From positions 1,295,828-1,359,827 of the forward strand of contig NW_018408726.1 of NCBI RefSeq assembly GCF_002113885.1: DNA of 64,000 nucleotides, read 5' to 3'. This DNA is from Mizuhopecten yessoensis (Eukaryota). Of the stretch, positions 1 through 18,434 are shown piece by piece. Made by a program: the position numbers and the translations under genes. Each line of letters opens with the position of its first letter. Positions within the stretch are counted from its first letter, which is position 1. The notes beneath the pieces were generated by a model. That model was not told where the DNA came from. It did not search any database and saw only the letters and a list, made by a program, of their open reading frames with translations.

Positions 1-980
1 TATGTGAGTCACACACGTTTATGTGAGTCACACACGTTTATGTGAGTCACACATGTGTATGTGAGTCACACATGTGTATGTGAGTCACACATGTTTATGT
101 GAGTCACACATGTTTATGTGAGTCACACATGTTTATGTAAGTCTCACAGGTTTATGTGAGTCACACACGTTTATGTGAGTCACACATGTTTATGTGAGTC
201 ACACACGTTTATGGAGTCAAACACGTTTATGTGAGTTACACACGTTTATGCGAGTCACACACGTTTATGCGAGTCACACACGTGTATGTGAATCACACTG
301 GTGTATTTGAGTCACGCACGTTTATGTGAGTCACACATGTTTATGTGAGTCACACATGTTTATGTGAGTCACACACGTTTATGTGAGTCCCACGTTTATG
401 TTAGTCACACACGTTTATGTGAGTCACACACGTTTATGTGAGTCAAACATGTGTATGTGAGTCACACCTGTGTATGTGAGTCACACATGTTTATGTGAGT
501 CACACACGTTTATGTGAGTCACACATGTTTATGTAAACCTCACAGGTTTATGTGAGTCACACACGTTTATGTGAGTCACACATGTTTATGTGAGTCACAC
601 AGGTTTATGTGAGTCACACAGGTTTATGTGAGTCACCCACGTTTATGTGAGTCACACATGTGTATGTGAGTCACACACGTTTATGTGAGTCAGACACGTT
701 TTATGTAAGTCACACATGTTATGTTAGTCACACATGTGTATGTGAGTCACACACGTTTATGTAAGTCACACATGTTTATGTGAGTCACACATGTGTATGT
801 GAGTCACACACGTTTATGTGAGTCACACATGTTTATGTGAGTCACACACGTTTATGTGAGTCACACACGTTTATGTGAGTCACACATGTGTATGTGAGTC
901 ACACACGTTTATGTGAGTCACACATGTTTATGTGAATCACACACGTTTATGTGAGTCACACATGTTTATGTGAGTCACCC
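1..980. repeat. 19-bp tandem satellite (TATGTGAGTCACACA[C/T]GTT), truncated by the window start
   Basis: 19-nt period read directly, about 50 copies. Each unit carries the odd palindrome TGTGA-G-TCACA, which contains TGAGTCA. Confidence 0.97.
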
Positions 981-1834
981 ATGCACAGTCCGACCTGTCT
1001 ATGCAGTTGTCAATGCTCTTCCACCTCCTACATCAGTGCAGCGTTACTGCTTACTGTCAAGCGGAGAAGAATGGAATCGTATCACACAAGAACGTGAGAC
1101 ATAAGAGGTAAACGTATCGTTTAAAGTAATCACGGAGTTACAATGTACAATGTATGCTATTATTGATAGGTGGATAAATACAGCAATGACGAGAAAACAC
1201 GTGTCCACTTTCTGCTTGATTATATATAAGGTTATATATAAATAAAACATACATTTATAGAGCACAAGCATCTTCAACCAATTAGGTTTCGGTATTCAAC
1301 CTTGAATCACCCTGACAGAATAACACTTCCGCCTATATACTACTGCACCGTTTCATGAAGTTTGTGTAAAAACGGTGTTAGAAAACAAAAATACATAAAG
1401 CAGAAGGAAATTACAGTTAACAAACGGACAGACAGGCGGATAAAATGTCATGTTAGGACGCATTGAAGAAGACGAACGTATTGTTAAAGAAAACTTGTCC
1501 AAATGTTCCTAAATATTAATGTACAAGGTGTGGGTTTTAGTCTTATATACAATAATATGTCAACCGGTAACCGGTAGAATCTATTTCTGTTAAGAGTAAA
1601 ACTCTCTGGGAAAATCTTTAAAATCAGTACTACTTTAGAAAGGTAATTTAAATTTCCAGTAAAAACATCTTAAGAGTAACAAGTTAAAATCACTGTAAGA
1701 AAGCTATTCGAACACTAGCCTTAAATGTATAACAATGAGCTAAAGAGTATTGTTAGTAGTAGTAGTAGTTGTGGGAGTGGTAACAGTACAATCAGGTCTT
1801 CGTCCTGAGACAATACCTAACTTTTGGCTTTAAT

Positions 1835-2080
1835 GCTGAGCGTTCGCCCAGGTGAGAAAGGCAATGGGTTGTGTCCGCAGGCCGGGACATACCAATGTCC
1901 TTCAACGTTCAGCATTAAGGGTAATGGCAACATGCGACCCGGGCGGAATGCTGTGCTGAGTACCTTCGGCATGGTATTTCAGTGAGATGACGCTATAAAG
2001 TCGGCATCAGATCGGCGCTATCACCAGAAGGCAAGTACATCAACATACCCTGTCTGCGGCACACATACACGTGGACGCTT
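1835..2080 (+). mobile_element. Degenerate tRNA-derived SINE remnant, Meta/MESC-like core
   Basis: GC-richer island containing CAGCATTAAGGGG and GGTATTTCAGTGAG..GCTATAAA, recalled as Meta-domain SINE motifs. No alignment was run. Confidence 0.4.
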
Positions 2081-4126
2081 ATTTATTATGACATAGATAA
2101 TGACAAAGCAGTCCAAACTACAGATTTCTTGTATAATATTCAGAATACCACAGCTCCATTTCACCAAATGTGTATCACACCATATATGGTCATAGATATG
2201 TTATCTTTAAAGATGATTTTATATTAGTTTTGTTTAAGTCGCGTGGAATTTGAACGACTCTTAGGTGTTTTTTGTCATATCATTTACCAAACTGTTTTAG
2301 ATAAGGTAATTTGTCACAAAGATGTTAGTTAACATTTTCTGCCATCTTTACCTTTTGCTGCTGTCAATACTAATGACAACTTCTCATTGTTGAGTATGAC
2401 GTCACACTTGCTGTTCTCAAACGTGTTTCCTATCGTTAATGTAAGCTCAACCTGTGTGGGAAAATAGAAAAATGTTTAACAGATTTGTTCTGATCTTTCA
2501 CATAATATGAAACACGCGTGAAAAACAAAAACAAATAAGAATGTAGTATATAGATGATCAACGGAAAACCATTAAATTTTATTCTGTTTATTATGTTAAA
2601 GGAAACAGAGAGAAACAAAAAACATGACCAACCAAAACCAACAGTGCGTCATTCCAACCAACACATAAATAAGCTACAATCCCTTTACTGAAATCTGGAC
2701 ATTATCGATGCCCATACTACATGTACATATTTTTTTACTGGTAAAATTAATAAAAAGCATGGGCGACACTACTTAGTTAAGTGTATGGCATTACATTCCG
2801 ATAATAAGCTAAGGGGTTGTACACATCTCCCCTTCTGTTTCAACAGTAGTTTGGATTTCCAACATTTTGGCTCCTAGCATTACCGATGAGTCTTGGGAAA
2901 AGACGAAACACCTGTATGGTGAAGTGATATTATTATTATTTTATTTTTTTGGCATACCGTATCTATTGCTAAATTTAAAGGTACTACAAAAAGTGTATCA
3001 CCTGTGTGTGTGTGTGTAATGTAGCAATACAAAACAATGTATGATATTTTCAGTTCTTTAACGGATGCGTATCTGATACCTAATGGAAGCAATGTTGATT
3101 CCTTTGAAAACAGGAATGTGGAGTTAAAAACGGTCTTTAGTAAACATGAATTTGCTGCCATTACCGTAATTGTAACAATAACGTTTTGTTTGTCTGATAC
3201 AAAGTAACAATAGCCGGTGTAGCGTCAATAACTCGCCAGACGCTACATTTAAAGACAATAAAAAACATCACATTATGAACACTTTACAGCCATATATTCC
3301 TGTCGCTACGAAAGAATCCCAACATAGACTTCTAGTGTAAAATTCGTTGTTTATAAGAGCAATTGATGTAATTGACATTACGTCAAAGCATGTTTAGAGT
3401 TTAGATGCTTTTCCCCCGATGAAAGCACTTATAGACACATGAAAAATGGGCACAAAATTGGAATTTGTAAAATCATTTATACGTCAAGTTTTGAACCTCT
3501 GACGGAAGACATACCAATACCTTGCTTCCTTGAATACACAAATTGTCTATGCCTGCATTTGCTTACTATACGATAAAACCTGTTAGTCTTTTGACGTCAT
3601 TCTATTGTTTCAGTATGGCGTGGTCATAAAATCATGTACATTTAGCTTTAGTGGTTTTGTTGAAACTTCGGTATTCTCTCTTTCTTGAGTAAATAGACAT
3701 ATATTTTAAAGAAAATATCCACTAGAGAAAGTTTTTTGTCTTGTATATACTTGAGTAAATAAAACATTTCCGTATATATTAAAACAAATCAATCGTTTTT
3801 GTCTGATCAGCTATCAGACACTGCGGTAAAAGTTTAATTTAAAAAATAATTTTCAAAATATTATCAGTGTTTGTATTCAAATATTCACGAATATCAATTA
3901 TCCTAAATCGCAATAGTATCAAACACAGCTGTCCAATGGACTAGCTACACAAGCGTGGTCTTTACAATAAAACAAAGGTATATAAAGGACCTTGTGACGC
4001 CCTCTTAGATACCACTGTCTTAAAGACACAACAGCCGGGCTATAATATTTATCTTGATCAATAGATAATCTCTCCAATGATAGATTACTCGCTTGGCCTG
4101 CTAGGAATAAAAGTTTATTTAGATTA

Positions 4127-4243
4127 GGATCGTTTGTCCAGTACCATAGCTCCGGTATAAAAGATAAAGAAGACCCGCAACAAAAATTAGTACGGAGTAA
4201 AACAGTGAACACTAAAGAACTACAGACAGCCCCAACTACCAAA
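4127..4243 (+). promoter_or_regulatory. Core promoter and 5'UTR of beta-tubulin copy 1 (TATAAAAG 4156-4163)
   Basis: The TATA box lies 88 nt upstream of the ATG. The block GGATCGTT.GTCCAGTACCATAGCTCCGGTATAAAAG...AGTACGGAGTAAAACAG...CCCAACTACCAAAATG is conserved with copy 2 and partly with copy 3. Confidence 0.75.
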
Positions 4244-6865
<2,622 letters not shown>

Positions 6866-7204
6866 ATCTAGTGATATATTATATCTACTACTCAAACACT
6901 GCCTAACTAAAAATAAACAAAGACGATTTATTGGCTATGAAGCCATTTTATTTTATTAAGAAAAACATACATAATTCAAACTCTTACAAAACTCAAGAAG
7001 CGTTTATCAAATTTCACACGTTGTTTTGAAAAAAAATAACAACTCAATCAAAATGATAACACAATATCGAGTAAGTATTAAAATAAATAAAAAAGGGATA
7101 CCTTCGTTTGTTGTTTTTTTCACCCTTAACTTATCCTGCGTTGTTTTATAAGAATTCAAATTAACAGTTACATGTAACAACAACAAAAAGTCATAAATGG
7201 AGAG

Positions 7205-7774
7205 AGCTTGACCAAATTCATTCTAGAGCATCCTTGTACTCCGGGAAGAGAGAAGGGGCGGGTCCAATATGGGAAATATGGATAAATACTTGAAATCCTT
7301 CCTCTTCCGTGCAAACGGAAAAATTATAAAACAATTGGTCAAGAGCATCCTTGGGCAGAGAGACCTAAATTGTGTATAAACGGAGGATGTGCCCTCTCAG
7401 AGGGCCAGGTGAAATAGGTGACATAGGGGGAAATATCAAAAATACTTCTTCTATCGATTACATCAAGGAGGGATTTAAACTCGATTTGGTCTAGAGCATC
7501 CTTGGGCAAAGGCGACTCAATTGTATGTGAACAGGACGCCTCTCACACTGGGGGCAGAGGAGTGGGCCGAAGGGGGAAATAGGGATACATATTTAAATGT
7601 ATTTGTCTTCCGTATGGATGAGGAAATTCAGTTCAAATACGACCTCGATCATCCTTGAGCCGAAGAATTTAAAGTCGTATTAACGGTGGGCTTGGACCCC
7701 CTGGAGGCAATGGGCGGGGCCCAATGGGAGAATAAAGGTACCTATTTCAAATGCTTCTCTTTCTGTAGAAAATG
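7205..7774. repeat. Degenerate 120-155 bp repeats, probably internal repeats of an old HINE-like element
   Basis: AGAGCATCCTTG recurs near 7224, 7342, 7493 and 7647, each followed by G-rich GGGGC..GGG.CC motifs. These resemble the internal repeats of the element at 57341-59713. Confidence 0.45.
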
Positions 7775-8068
7775 AGGGATTTAAACCATGAGGTATTAAC
7801 AAAGATGTGTCCCTCCTATGGGGCAGAGGGGTAGGGGCCACCTTTTAGGGATTTAAACCATAAGGTTTTAACAAAGGTGTGTCCCTCCTATGGGGCAGAG
7901 GGGTAGGGGCCACCTATTAGGGATTTAAACCATGATGTATTAACAAAGGTGTATCCCTCCTATGGGGCAGAGGGGTAGGGGCCACCTATTAGGGATTTAA
8001 ACCATGATGTATTAACAAAGATGTGTCCCTCCTATGGGGCAGAGGGGTAGGGGCCACCTATTAGGGAT
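7775..8068. repeat. 72-bp tandem repeat, 4 copies, G-tract rich
   Basis: AGGGAT starts at 7775, 7847, 7919, 7991 and 8063. The units are near identical. Confidence 0.93.
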
Positions 8069-9014
8069 GAATAATTAAAATTCCTTTCTGTAGAGTTGTA
8101 AAGGGGTTTAAAGAATTATAGTAAAAAAAGCTGTTCCAGCGTTAACACTAGACAAAATAAATATATAAAGGTAACACCAGAATATAAGGAAAGAACACCT
8201 TGCAAAGAAGGGACAACACCGACAATATAGGAGAAAAGATCATAAACAGGGAAGTTCACACCGGGCAACCAATTCAACAACACAAGGAACTTAGGAGACA
8301 ACACAAGGAACAAATGATAAAAAAAGGAAAAACGTGAACACTTTCAAAAAGCGGACGCAAAGCCAGGCGCTCCGGACGTTTAAGCGATGTATGTGCCATA
8401 TGGGACAACCGCCAAATTATCTCCTCTCAAATCCAAAAAAAAGTTCAGAAAATAAACAATGAAAGGCTAATTGAACATAGCTTATTTCAAAAAGAATAAA
8501 TCTCTTTCAAACTGGAAGGCTTGTACGTACTTTACCCTTAAGTAAATGCCAAAGTGTTGTCCACGTGGTGAATTTGCCCGATTATCCTTGACTGGCGAAA
8601 TTCATCATAGACTCCAGGAATGTCCAATAAGCTCAGGCACTCGGTCTTCTTCCATAACATCAAATATGTTACTTAAAGGTAACAAGAAGAATAAACCCAG
8701 AAATAACAGAAAATGGTAAAAGGGGAACCAGTATCCTTAGTTTTAACCGGTAGGAGAAGCACAAAAGCGCATTTCTTAATAAAAAAAAAGCACAGTCATA
8801 GTTTAATATTATATATTTTGCACCCACATATTTATACCACGTATACGATTTTTGTTGTTTCACTGATATGTGTAAAACATAATCCCACACATTGCATGTG
8901 TAATAGTCAACTTCTTTTTTATTTCTAACGGATTTCATAGAACAAAATCCATAAACTATCTTAGATTACAAATCTTTGTATAAGGTTCTGTGTTTAGCTG
9001 AACATGGATGAAGC

Positions 9015-9643
9015 TATTGTAAGCCGTTTGTGGTTTTATCCATTTAAAACAAATATCTGCATTTATTGACAGGATACAAAAATACAGATATCTGTAATTG
9101 AAATAAAGATATCTGCGTTTTAAATACAGATATCTAATACAGTAAATACTAATGTATAATTATAGATATCTGTATTTAAAATATAGATATCTGTATTTAA
9201 AAAATAGGTATATGTGTTTCCATTACAGATATCTCTATTTATTTGTAACTTTAGATATCTATATTTTAATTACAGATATCTTTATTCCAATTATAGAGAT
9301 ATGTATTTATTTGTAATGGTGATATATGTACTTTAAATACAGATATCTAGATATCGTTATTCTAAATTTTGACGTTGCAAAATTACACGTACATGTGTCT
9401 GTAATTAAAATACAGATATCTGTATTTTAACTATAGATATCTGTATTTATGTAATAACTAGAGATATCTGCATTTAAAATAGAGATATCTCTATTTAAAA
9501 TGCAAATATCTGTAATTCAAATGTTCATATCTGTATTTTAAGTACAGATATCTCTAATTATGCAATACATACAGATATCTGTACTTACATTAAAAATGCA
9601 AATATCTATATTGAATGGGTAAAAACCCAAACGGCCTACCATA
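9015..9643. mobile_element. MITE-like element with about 35-bp imperfect TIRs and internal ~21-bp ACAGATATCTGT repeats
   Basis: Left end TATTGTAAGCCGTTTGTGGTTTTATCCATTTAAAA matches the reverse complement of the right end, TATGGTAGGCCGTTTGGGTTTTTACCCATTCAATA. Both ends finish in TA. The interior is a degenerate array of palindromic AGATATCT units. Confidence 0.7.
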
Positions 9644-11428
9644 TAACGCTATTACCAAATAGTTAAGAAGATTTAATTTTTCAGAAATTGACCTAACATA
9701 GAAAGAGTTATAAAAAAATCTTTGCTGGAAAGGATATTTTATTTTGTTCACAAACTGGAAGTTGAAAAAGCTAGACTTTTGAGATTACTCCCTTGTTTTC
9801 ATAAACTGCATAAACTGCTTGGATGGACTTTCATTTGTGGTTGTTGTGTCACCATTGATAGCTTTGATGAATTATCAAGCTGAAATCCTTTCTTACAAGA
9901 TCGCTGAGGGTATGAAACTGCCATGATTACTTCTTGGAAAAGTTATTAAATCCAGTAGTTAGCATGAAAATGTGGTTAAAGATACAAACATAGTAAACAA
10001 AACAATGTTACATGTATTTTGTTAACATCAACATTATGTCATAACAAACATGACGGTATAGACCAACCTAAAATATATCATATCAATTTCAAGGCCTATT
10101 ATTTACTAGTTTACTTGGAGCCAGTGTGTGGTCAGTAAAGAGAGTGAGACTTATAACAAGTCATCAGATAAGATGCTGACCAGCCCGCAGTAATGAGGGC
10201 GATTAATGAACCTGGGGTGTGGCTAATGGCCCTTCTGATATTGTGGTTTCACAGGCAGCCAAGCCCCGGAGTCAAATTACAAACCTTATCCACATCCAAG
10301 CGATAAAATTATAGCAGTTATTTTTTTGTCTCTAAATGATTCAATATTCTAGAGACGGGGTCAGTCTGAGGAAGCCGAAATAAATCAAGGCTGAGACAGA
10401 ACGGATAGTTCTGAGTTTAATTGTTATATTTACTGTTTCCATCTTCTTGTTGTCATCAAATAACTTTTGTAAATACAAACGTTAAATAATCATTTGATAA
10501 AATTTAATTGATAGTATGTATGTGTCTATGTTTTTAAATGATATATATAGTACATGTAGTTCAAAACCTATCAGTATAGTGTTGAGCTTACACAAGAACT
10601 AACCAATACATTTGTTTGTTTTATTGGTAATATTATTTCCTTCCTCTTACTTGCTAGTACAATCTACATGTATGTTGAAATAGAAAATCCTGTTAAATGT
10701 TTACTAAGAATGTCACTTCCCTATGCTTTATTTGTATTGATATATCACTCGATACCCAAACCTTATCTACAGTATATATATCAATAGATTCGTGTTATTC
10801 TGAGGACATTTTAGGTATATCTTATCGAAGGTTTCTATGCAATTAGTCTTGTTGTGTCCTGTACAGTGATGTGATCGCACAACGTGATACGATAGGGGCA
10901 CGGTAATGTTGGTGCATTGTACGATCACACAACTGTCTTTAACTGTTTCTGGTGATGAACTCATTGTAAATTCCCTTAATTATCTGGAATAACACCATAT
11001 AAAATATCCATGGGGATAAGTAATATACATATGTAACGTACTTTCAAACATGTTGGCACTGTCATGCATTTTACTAAAGCTGTAGATTACCTGGTTGGTT
11101 AATTTCTTAAATCACTACGTAAAGTACACTAGAATAAGCGGTGAACCGTCTTACGCGGCCACTTAATTCACGTCCATTATGACATATTATGTATCATTAA
11201 ATAGTTTGGCACTGTGTGAGGTGTAATGATTAAAATTTGGAACTCCATTTATAAAAACGGTGCCTGTCTATCGATAGCCAAGCACAATCTATACAATTTA
11301 AACAAGGTATATAATAGATCTGATAAAGAAAATCCTAAACAGGGCAACGCCGGTATGGTAATAAAACCGTTATCTTAAGTTCAAATTGTTCGCTTGAACC
11401 TGTACCAATAATAGTAAATCAGCGGTAC

Positions 11429-11545
11429 GGATCGTTAGTCCAGTACCATAGCTCCGGTATAAAAGTTAAAGACGACCCGCAACACAAACCAGTACGGAGT
11501 AAAACAGCAAACACTTAGGAACCACAGACAGACCCAACTACCAAA
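11429..11545 (+). promoter_or_regulatory. Core promoter and 5'UTR of beta-tubulin copy 2 (TATAAAAG 11458-11465)
   Basis: Colinear with the copy 1 promoter, with the same 88-nt TATA-to-ATG spacing. Confidence 0.75.
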
Positions 11546-14210
<2,665 letters not shown>

Positions 14211-14664
14211 AAAGTCGATTGGACATATTTACATTAATAAATACTCTAGTAATTACACAAGTCATGAAAAACATCTACTGTAAGTCCATAATTAAAACAT
14301 TCAATAAAGCGAAGACTCTAAGTCACGAGTATTAATTCAAGGTTAAAAGACAATCAAAAGAAAATACCAAGTGAAAGATTAGTCAACACAAGAACTTGTC
14401 TAGTCAAAAGGACCAATTCAGAACCAGAACAGTATTAAAAACAAAGAAATATAATATTGTCTGTTATTTTTTGTCATTTTTCAGGAAGTGAAGTTTCTTC
14501 GGAATCGTGCGCATTAAGGGTCGATGCTATCACTGTTTAAATTTCTTATTTTGGTATATATTTTTGATGTGATCAATTTCTGAGGTACTAAGACATGCAC
14601 TTTTTGTTAATTGCCATTTTATTGTAAAATATGTCCAATGCCTCAGACTCATGAACAAAGAAAT

Positions 14665-14845
14665 TAATAATAATAATAATGCTAATAATTCGAGGTTCTT
14701 TTATACTTATAATGCTTTATCACAACCTAGTCCATACGTCGTCTGAAAACGGTTCACAAATTATTATCCGTGGTTATAGGGCCTTTGCAACCAGTCAACA
14801 TCTTTCTCAACTCCCTGGTGAGCATACAGCCGGTGCCGCCATTCC
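14665..14845 (-). mobile_element. SINE 3' remnant (Deu/Nin-like core) with an (ATT)n tail
   Basis: The reverse strand reads GGCTGTATGCTCACCAGGGAGTTGAGA, recalled as a Deu/Nin-domain motif, and ends in an (ATT)n microsatellite. Confidence 0.45.
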
Positions 14846-15000
14846 TACAACTAGACCACCGTGTCTCCTTATTAAATTGAGTTTCATTAAGCCCCCGAAT
14901 CATAGTAGATCGGTTTTATTTAATGACCACAATTAGAAACCGGAATTCAGATATCTAATTTGGATATATTGAAATAAGAATTATTAAAACGATACATATC

Positions 15001-15564
15001 AAAGGACTAGGGGCATTGCTAATGGGCATTCCCGGCCTCTTCAGCGATTTAATATTAGTTGTTATATTTGAATCTGGGATAAATGCAAGTTTCAAATTCA
15101 TTCGACAACTGGTATATGGGGTATAGTGTAACAAATAGAGGTATCAACCCGCGTGTTTCACTACAATGCGTGAATATCGTCTATTGAGTACAATGTATGT
15201 TGAATTTGCTATTTGAAGCAAATTAACAAAGTGCTGTTCAATTTTTGAAAGCCTCCGCATGCACCAACCAAATACATATTTGACATGCTTAAACATTGTC
15301 ATACCAGTGTTCATTCGTAGAAAGGAATTTTGTTTGTCACATGCGAAGGCTTTAAAGTCTACTGTAACTGTCCAAAAACACCATAGTTTGGCGATTTCTG
15401 CATAGCAACGCAATTTCGTGGCTATAGAGGGGCATCTACGTATGCTCAATGATTGCCCCAATTAACCAATAGGATATTTGTAAAAAATATAAATTAATAT
15501 AGTTAAGCTGAAAGTTTTACTTTTTATGAGGCCGAAAATAACCAATAATGCCCCCTAGTCCTTT
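15001..15564. mobile_element. Non-autonomous TIR element, Kolobok-like ends
   Basis: Inverted ends AAAGGACTAGGGGCATT ... AATGCCCCCTAGTCCTTT sit in degenerate TTAA-like contexts. Superfamily is inferred from the termini only. Confidence 0.6.
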
Positions 15565-15815
15565 AGAACAGTCTGTAAGAAGGCACCAAAGCTGATGCCT
15601 TTATAAAATAATTCAATTTTAAAGAAGCAATCCCTCTTCCGCCATTATAGGGGGTCAATTGTTTTGTAACCAGACTGAATGCTACGAAATGATAAATACA
15701 AGTTATGTTATGTACCTAGGTCATGCGCAGCACAAAGCTCTGGAGAGGAATACCAGTCTCAAATAAAGATTTCTGTAGCCAAACAAAACACAAAAGGTCA
15801 CGGTAAAATGACCTG

Positions 15816-15918
15816 TACCCACTTGTATAAAACATCTCAAAGTTAAGGAAAATCTCAAGCAATGTATTGTATTGTCTATGGGAAATCTTAGACTTGAGAT
15901 GTTTTATACAAGTGGGCC
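15816..15918. mobile_element. About 100-bp hairpin MITE (Harbinger-like)
   Basis: Perfect 23-bp inverted repeat CCCACTTGTATAAAACATCTCAA / TTGAGATGTTTTATACAAGTGGG, with CTG on both flanks as a possible 3-bp TSD. Confidence 0.65.
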
Positions 15919-16643
15919 CTGGTACATTTGTACAAGATTTTAAATAGTAAATAGTTATGCAAAAGATGGCCACGTGACTTTATTAATCAATGATTTTTAT
16001 ATAGCGTGTCCCTTTATAACATTCAGTGTCGTGGTAAATGAGGTAGACATGTTATAAATATTGTAGACGTACTTTATATTAATTCTATAGCATGTAAAAA
16101 CCATTTATTACAACACTGAATGTTTTTAAATGACACATTTTATAAAGTTCTTTTTGTGTACCATATGAAGAATCAATATAATTCCACATGCATTTATTGC
16201 GTACCTATACAAACACCTGTTTAGAACCAAAGTAAAGTATATTGTTTTAAAAGCGTTTAAATGTTGTACATTTATAACGATAGGTGACGAGACACGTGCA
16301 CTACTTATAAAGGCTATATACTGCCTCACTGTGATAAATATCTCCTCTCTAGAAGAATACCATATCAAGAAACAAGAAATATTTATTTCACGAATGTCGG
16401 ATTGATTATTTGCGGAAATAATTTTCATGGGGGAATATAATTAGTCTTCATGTTAAACAAATCGTATATATATCNNNNNNNNNNNNNNNNNNNNNNNNNN
16501 NNNNNNNNNNNNNNNNNNNNNNNNNNNNNNNNNNNNNNNNNNNNNNNNNNNNNNNNNNNNNNNNNNNNNNNNNNNNNNNNNNNNNNNNNNNNNNNNNNNN
16601 NNNNNNNNNNNNNNNNNNNNNNNNNNNNNNNNNNNNNNNNNNN

Positions 16644-18434
16644 TGTACAATTTGGATTTAGAAAAAAACTTTCCACGATAGATGCTATTTTCGTACAACA
16701 ATCATTAATTAATAGAACTCTCAAAAAACGAAACAGACTGTACTGCTGTTTTATAGATTCTAAAAAGGCTTTTGATTTTGTGTTAAATTCAAAGGCGTAA
16801 CTGAATTTTTCAAATGTGATTGTTGTTTATTCCAAGGGGAAATATTATCTCCATTGTTGTTTACATTATTTGATAATGATTTAGAAATGGATTTTATAAA
16901 AAAAAAATGTTTATCACTAAAAATTCAAACTATTAATTTATTTTTACTTATGTATGCAGACGATATGGTCATACTATCGGAAACACCAGAAGACTTGCAG
17001 AAAATGTTAGATTCACTATCAGATTATTGTAGAAAATGGAGCTTAACTTTAAATGCTGATAAAAAAAATAGTTATCTTTAAAACTGGTGGTTTAATAAGA
17101 GCAAAAGAAAAATGGATTTATAATAATGATGCGATTGAAGTGGTTGATAAGTTTAGTTATCTTGGTCTCACTTTAAACTAAATGGAAAATTTACAAAATC
17201 CAAAAAAGGAATTGCAGAACAAGGTCGAAAAGCACTATTGACCATAAATAATGTATGTAAAAAGAATTATTTTGATATAGAATCTCGTCTTGCTGTTTTT
17301 GACACGTTTGTCAATAGTATTTTAATGTACGGTTCAGAAATTTGGGGATTTCATAAAGCACCCGAAATAGAAAAATTGCATATTGTGTTCTTGAAATCAT
17401 TATTAGGATTAAGAAAATCTACAAACTCTGCATTTCTTTATATTGAATTTGGAAGATCTCATTTACAGCTGTTAAGAAAAGATAAAAATTGGAAGTTTTG
17501 GATTAAATTACAACGTTCTGATAACTGTGTGCTGAAAGCTTGTTATGATGATATGGTTGAAAATAAAGACCCCTGGATCCTTAACTTAAAACATGATCTT
17601 TCAAGAGTCGGCCTTGGATACATGTTTGTGACTGATAGTATTTATCATTCTAGTGAAGTATATAAGCAGCAATTATGTGATTGTTTTCAGCAAGATTGTC
17701 TAGATAAAATTCATTCTTCTTCTAAAGGAGTATTATATCAGCATTTAGGGGAAAGTATTAAATTGCAACGATATCTTCATAAGGCAATTAATTTATATTA
17801 TCTAAAACATATTTCTAAGCTGTGTTTATGTGCGCATGACCTATTCATTAAACGTGGCCGTTACAGATATATACCTAGATAAGAAAGAAAATGTATTTTA
17901 TGTAATGAAAATGATATAGAAGATGAAATTCATTTTATAATTGAATTTAATCGCTATTCAGACCTCCGGTCTAAATTCATTAAGCAATATTATTTCAAAA
18001 GGCCTAGCATGTTCAAATTCGTTCAATTACTCAAAATCGGAAACACAAAAGAACTTAATAATTTAGTAAAGTATCTATCACTGGCGTTTAAACGTAGAGC
18101 AGATTTATTAAGAGGTCATCACTAGAACAGGTCATGTTAAGGTACATGTTGTATATCAGTTTATTGAATACAAATTATGTAATATACCACTATATTGATA
18201 AGTCTTGTCTGGGTAAATGAGGGTGCGTATGATTGCCGCTGCTGCTGCTGATATGATGATGATGATGATGATGATGATGGTAAGGATGATGTGTGCGAGT
18301 TAGTGTGAGTGTCCTTGATGATGATGAGGATGATGTGTGCGAGTCAGTGAGAGTGTGTTCTTGTGAGTGTCTTTGTCTTATCTGTAATTGCCATAAGTTG
18401 TAAAACTTGGGCAAATAACGAACTTGAACTTGAA
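16644..18434 (+). mobile_element. Decayed non-LTR retrotransposon (RTEX-like LINE): RT domain through 3' tail
   Basis: RT motifs QFGFRKKLSTIDAIF, CCFIDSKKAFD, QGEILSPLLF and LLMYADD, then a C-terminal GRY...RKCILC...EDEIHF region. Frameshifts and stops are present. The element ends in an (AACTTG)n tail near 18421-18434. Its 5' side abuts an N gap. Confidence 0.88.
18237..18335. repeat. (GCT)n/(GAT)n microsatellite in the LINE 3'UTR
   Basis: Read directly from the sequence. Confidence 0.85.

Noticed and set aside
8130-8415. Possible Penelope-derived remnant (CCAGGCGCTCCGGA... motif)
   Set aside because: Only a short degenerate resemblance from memory, not supportable without a search.
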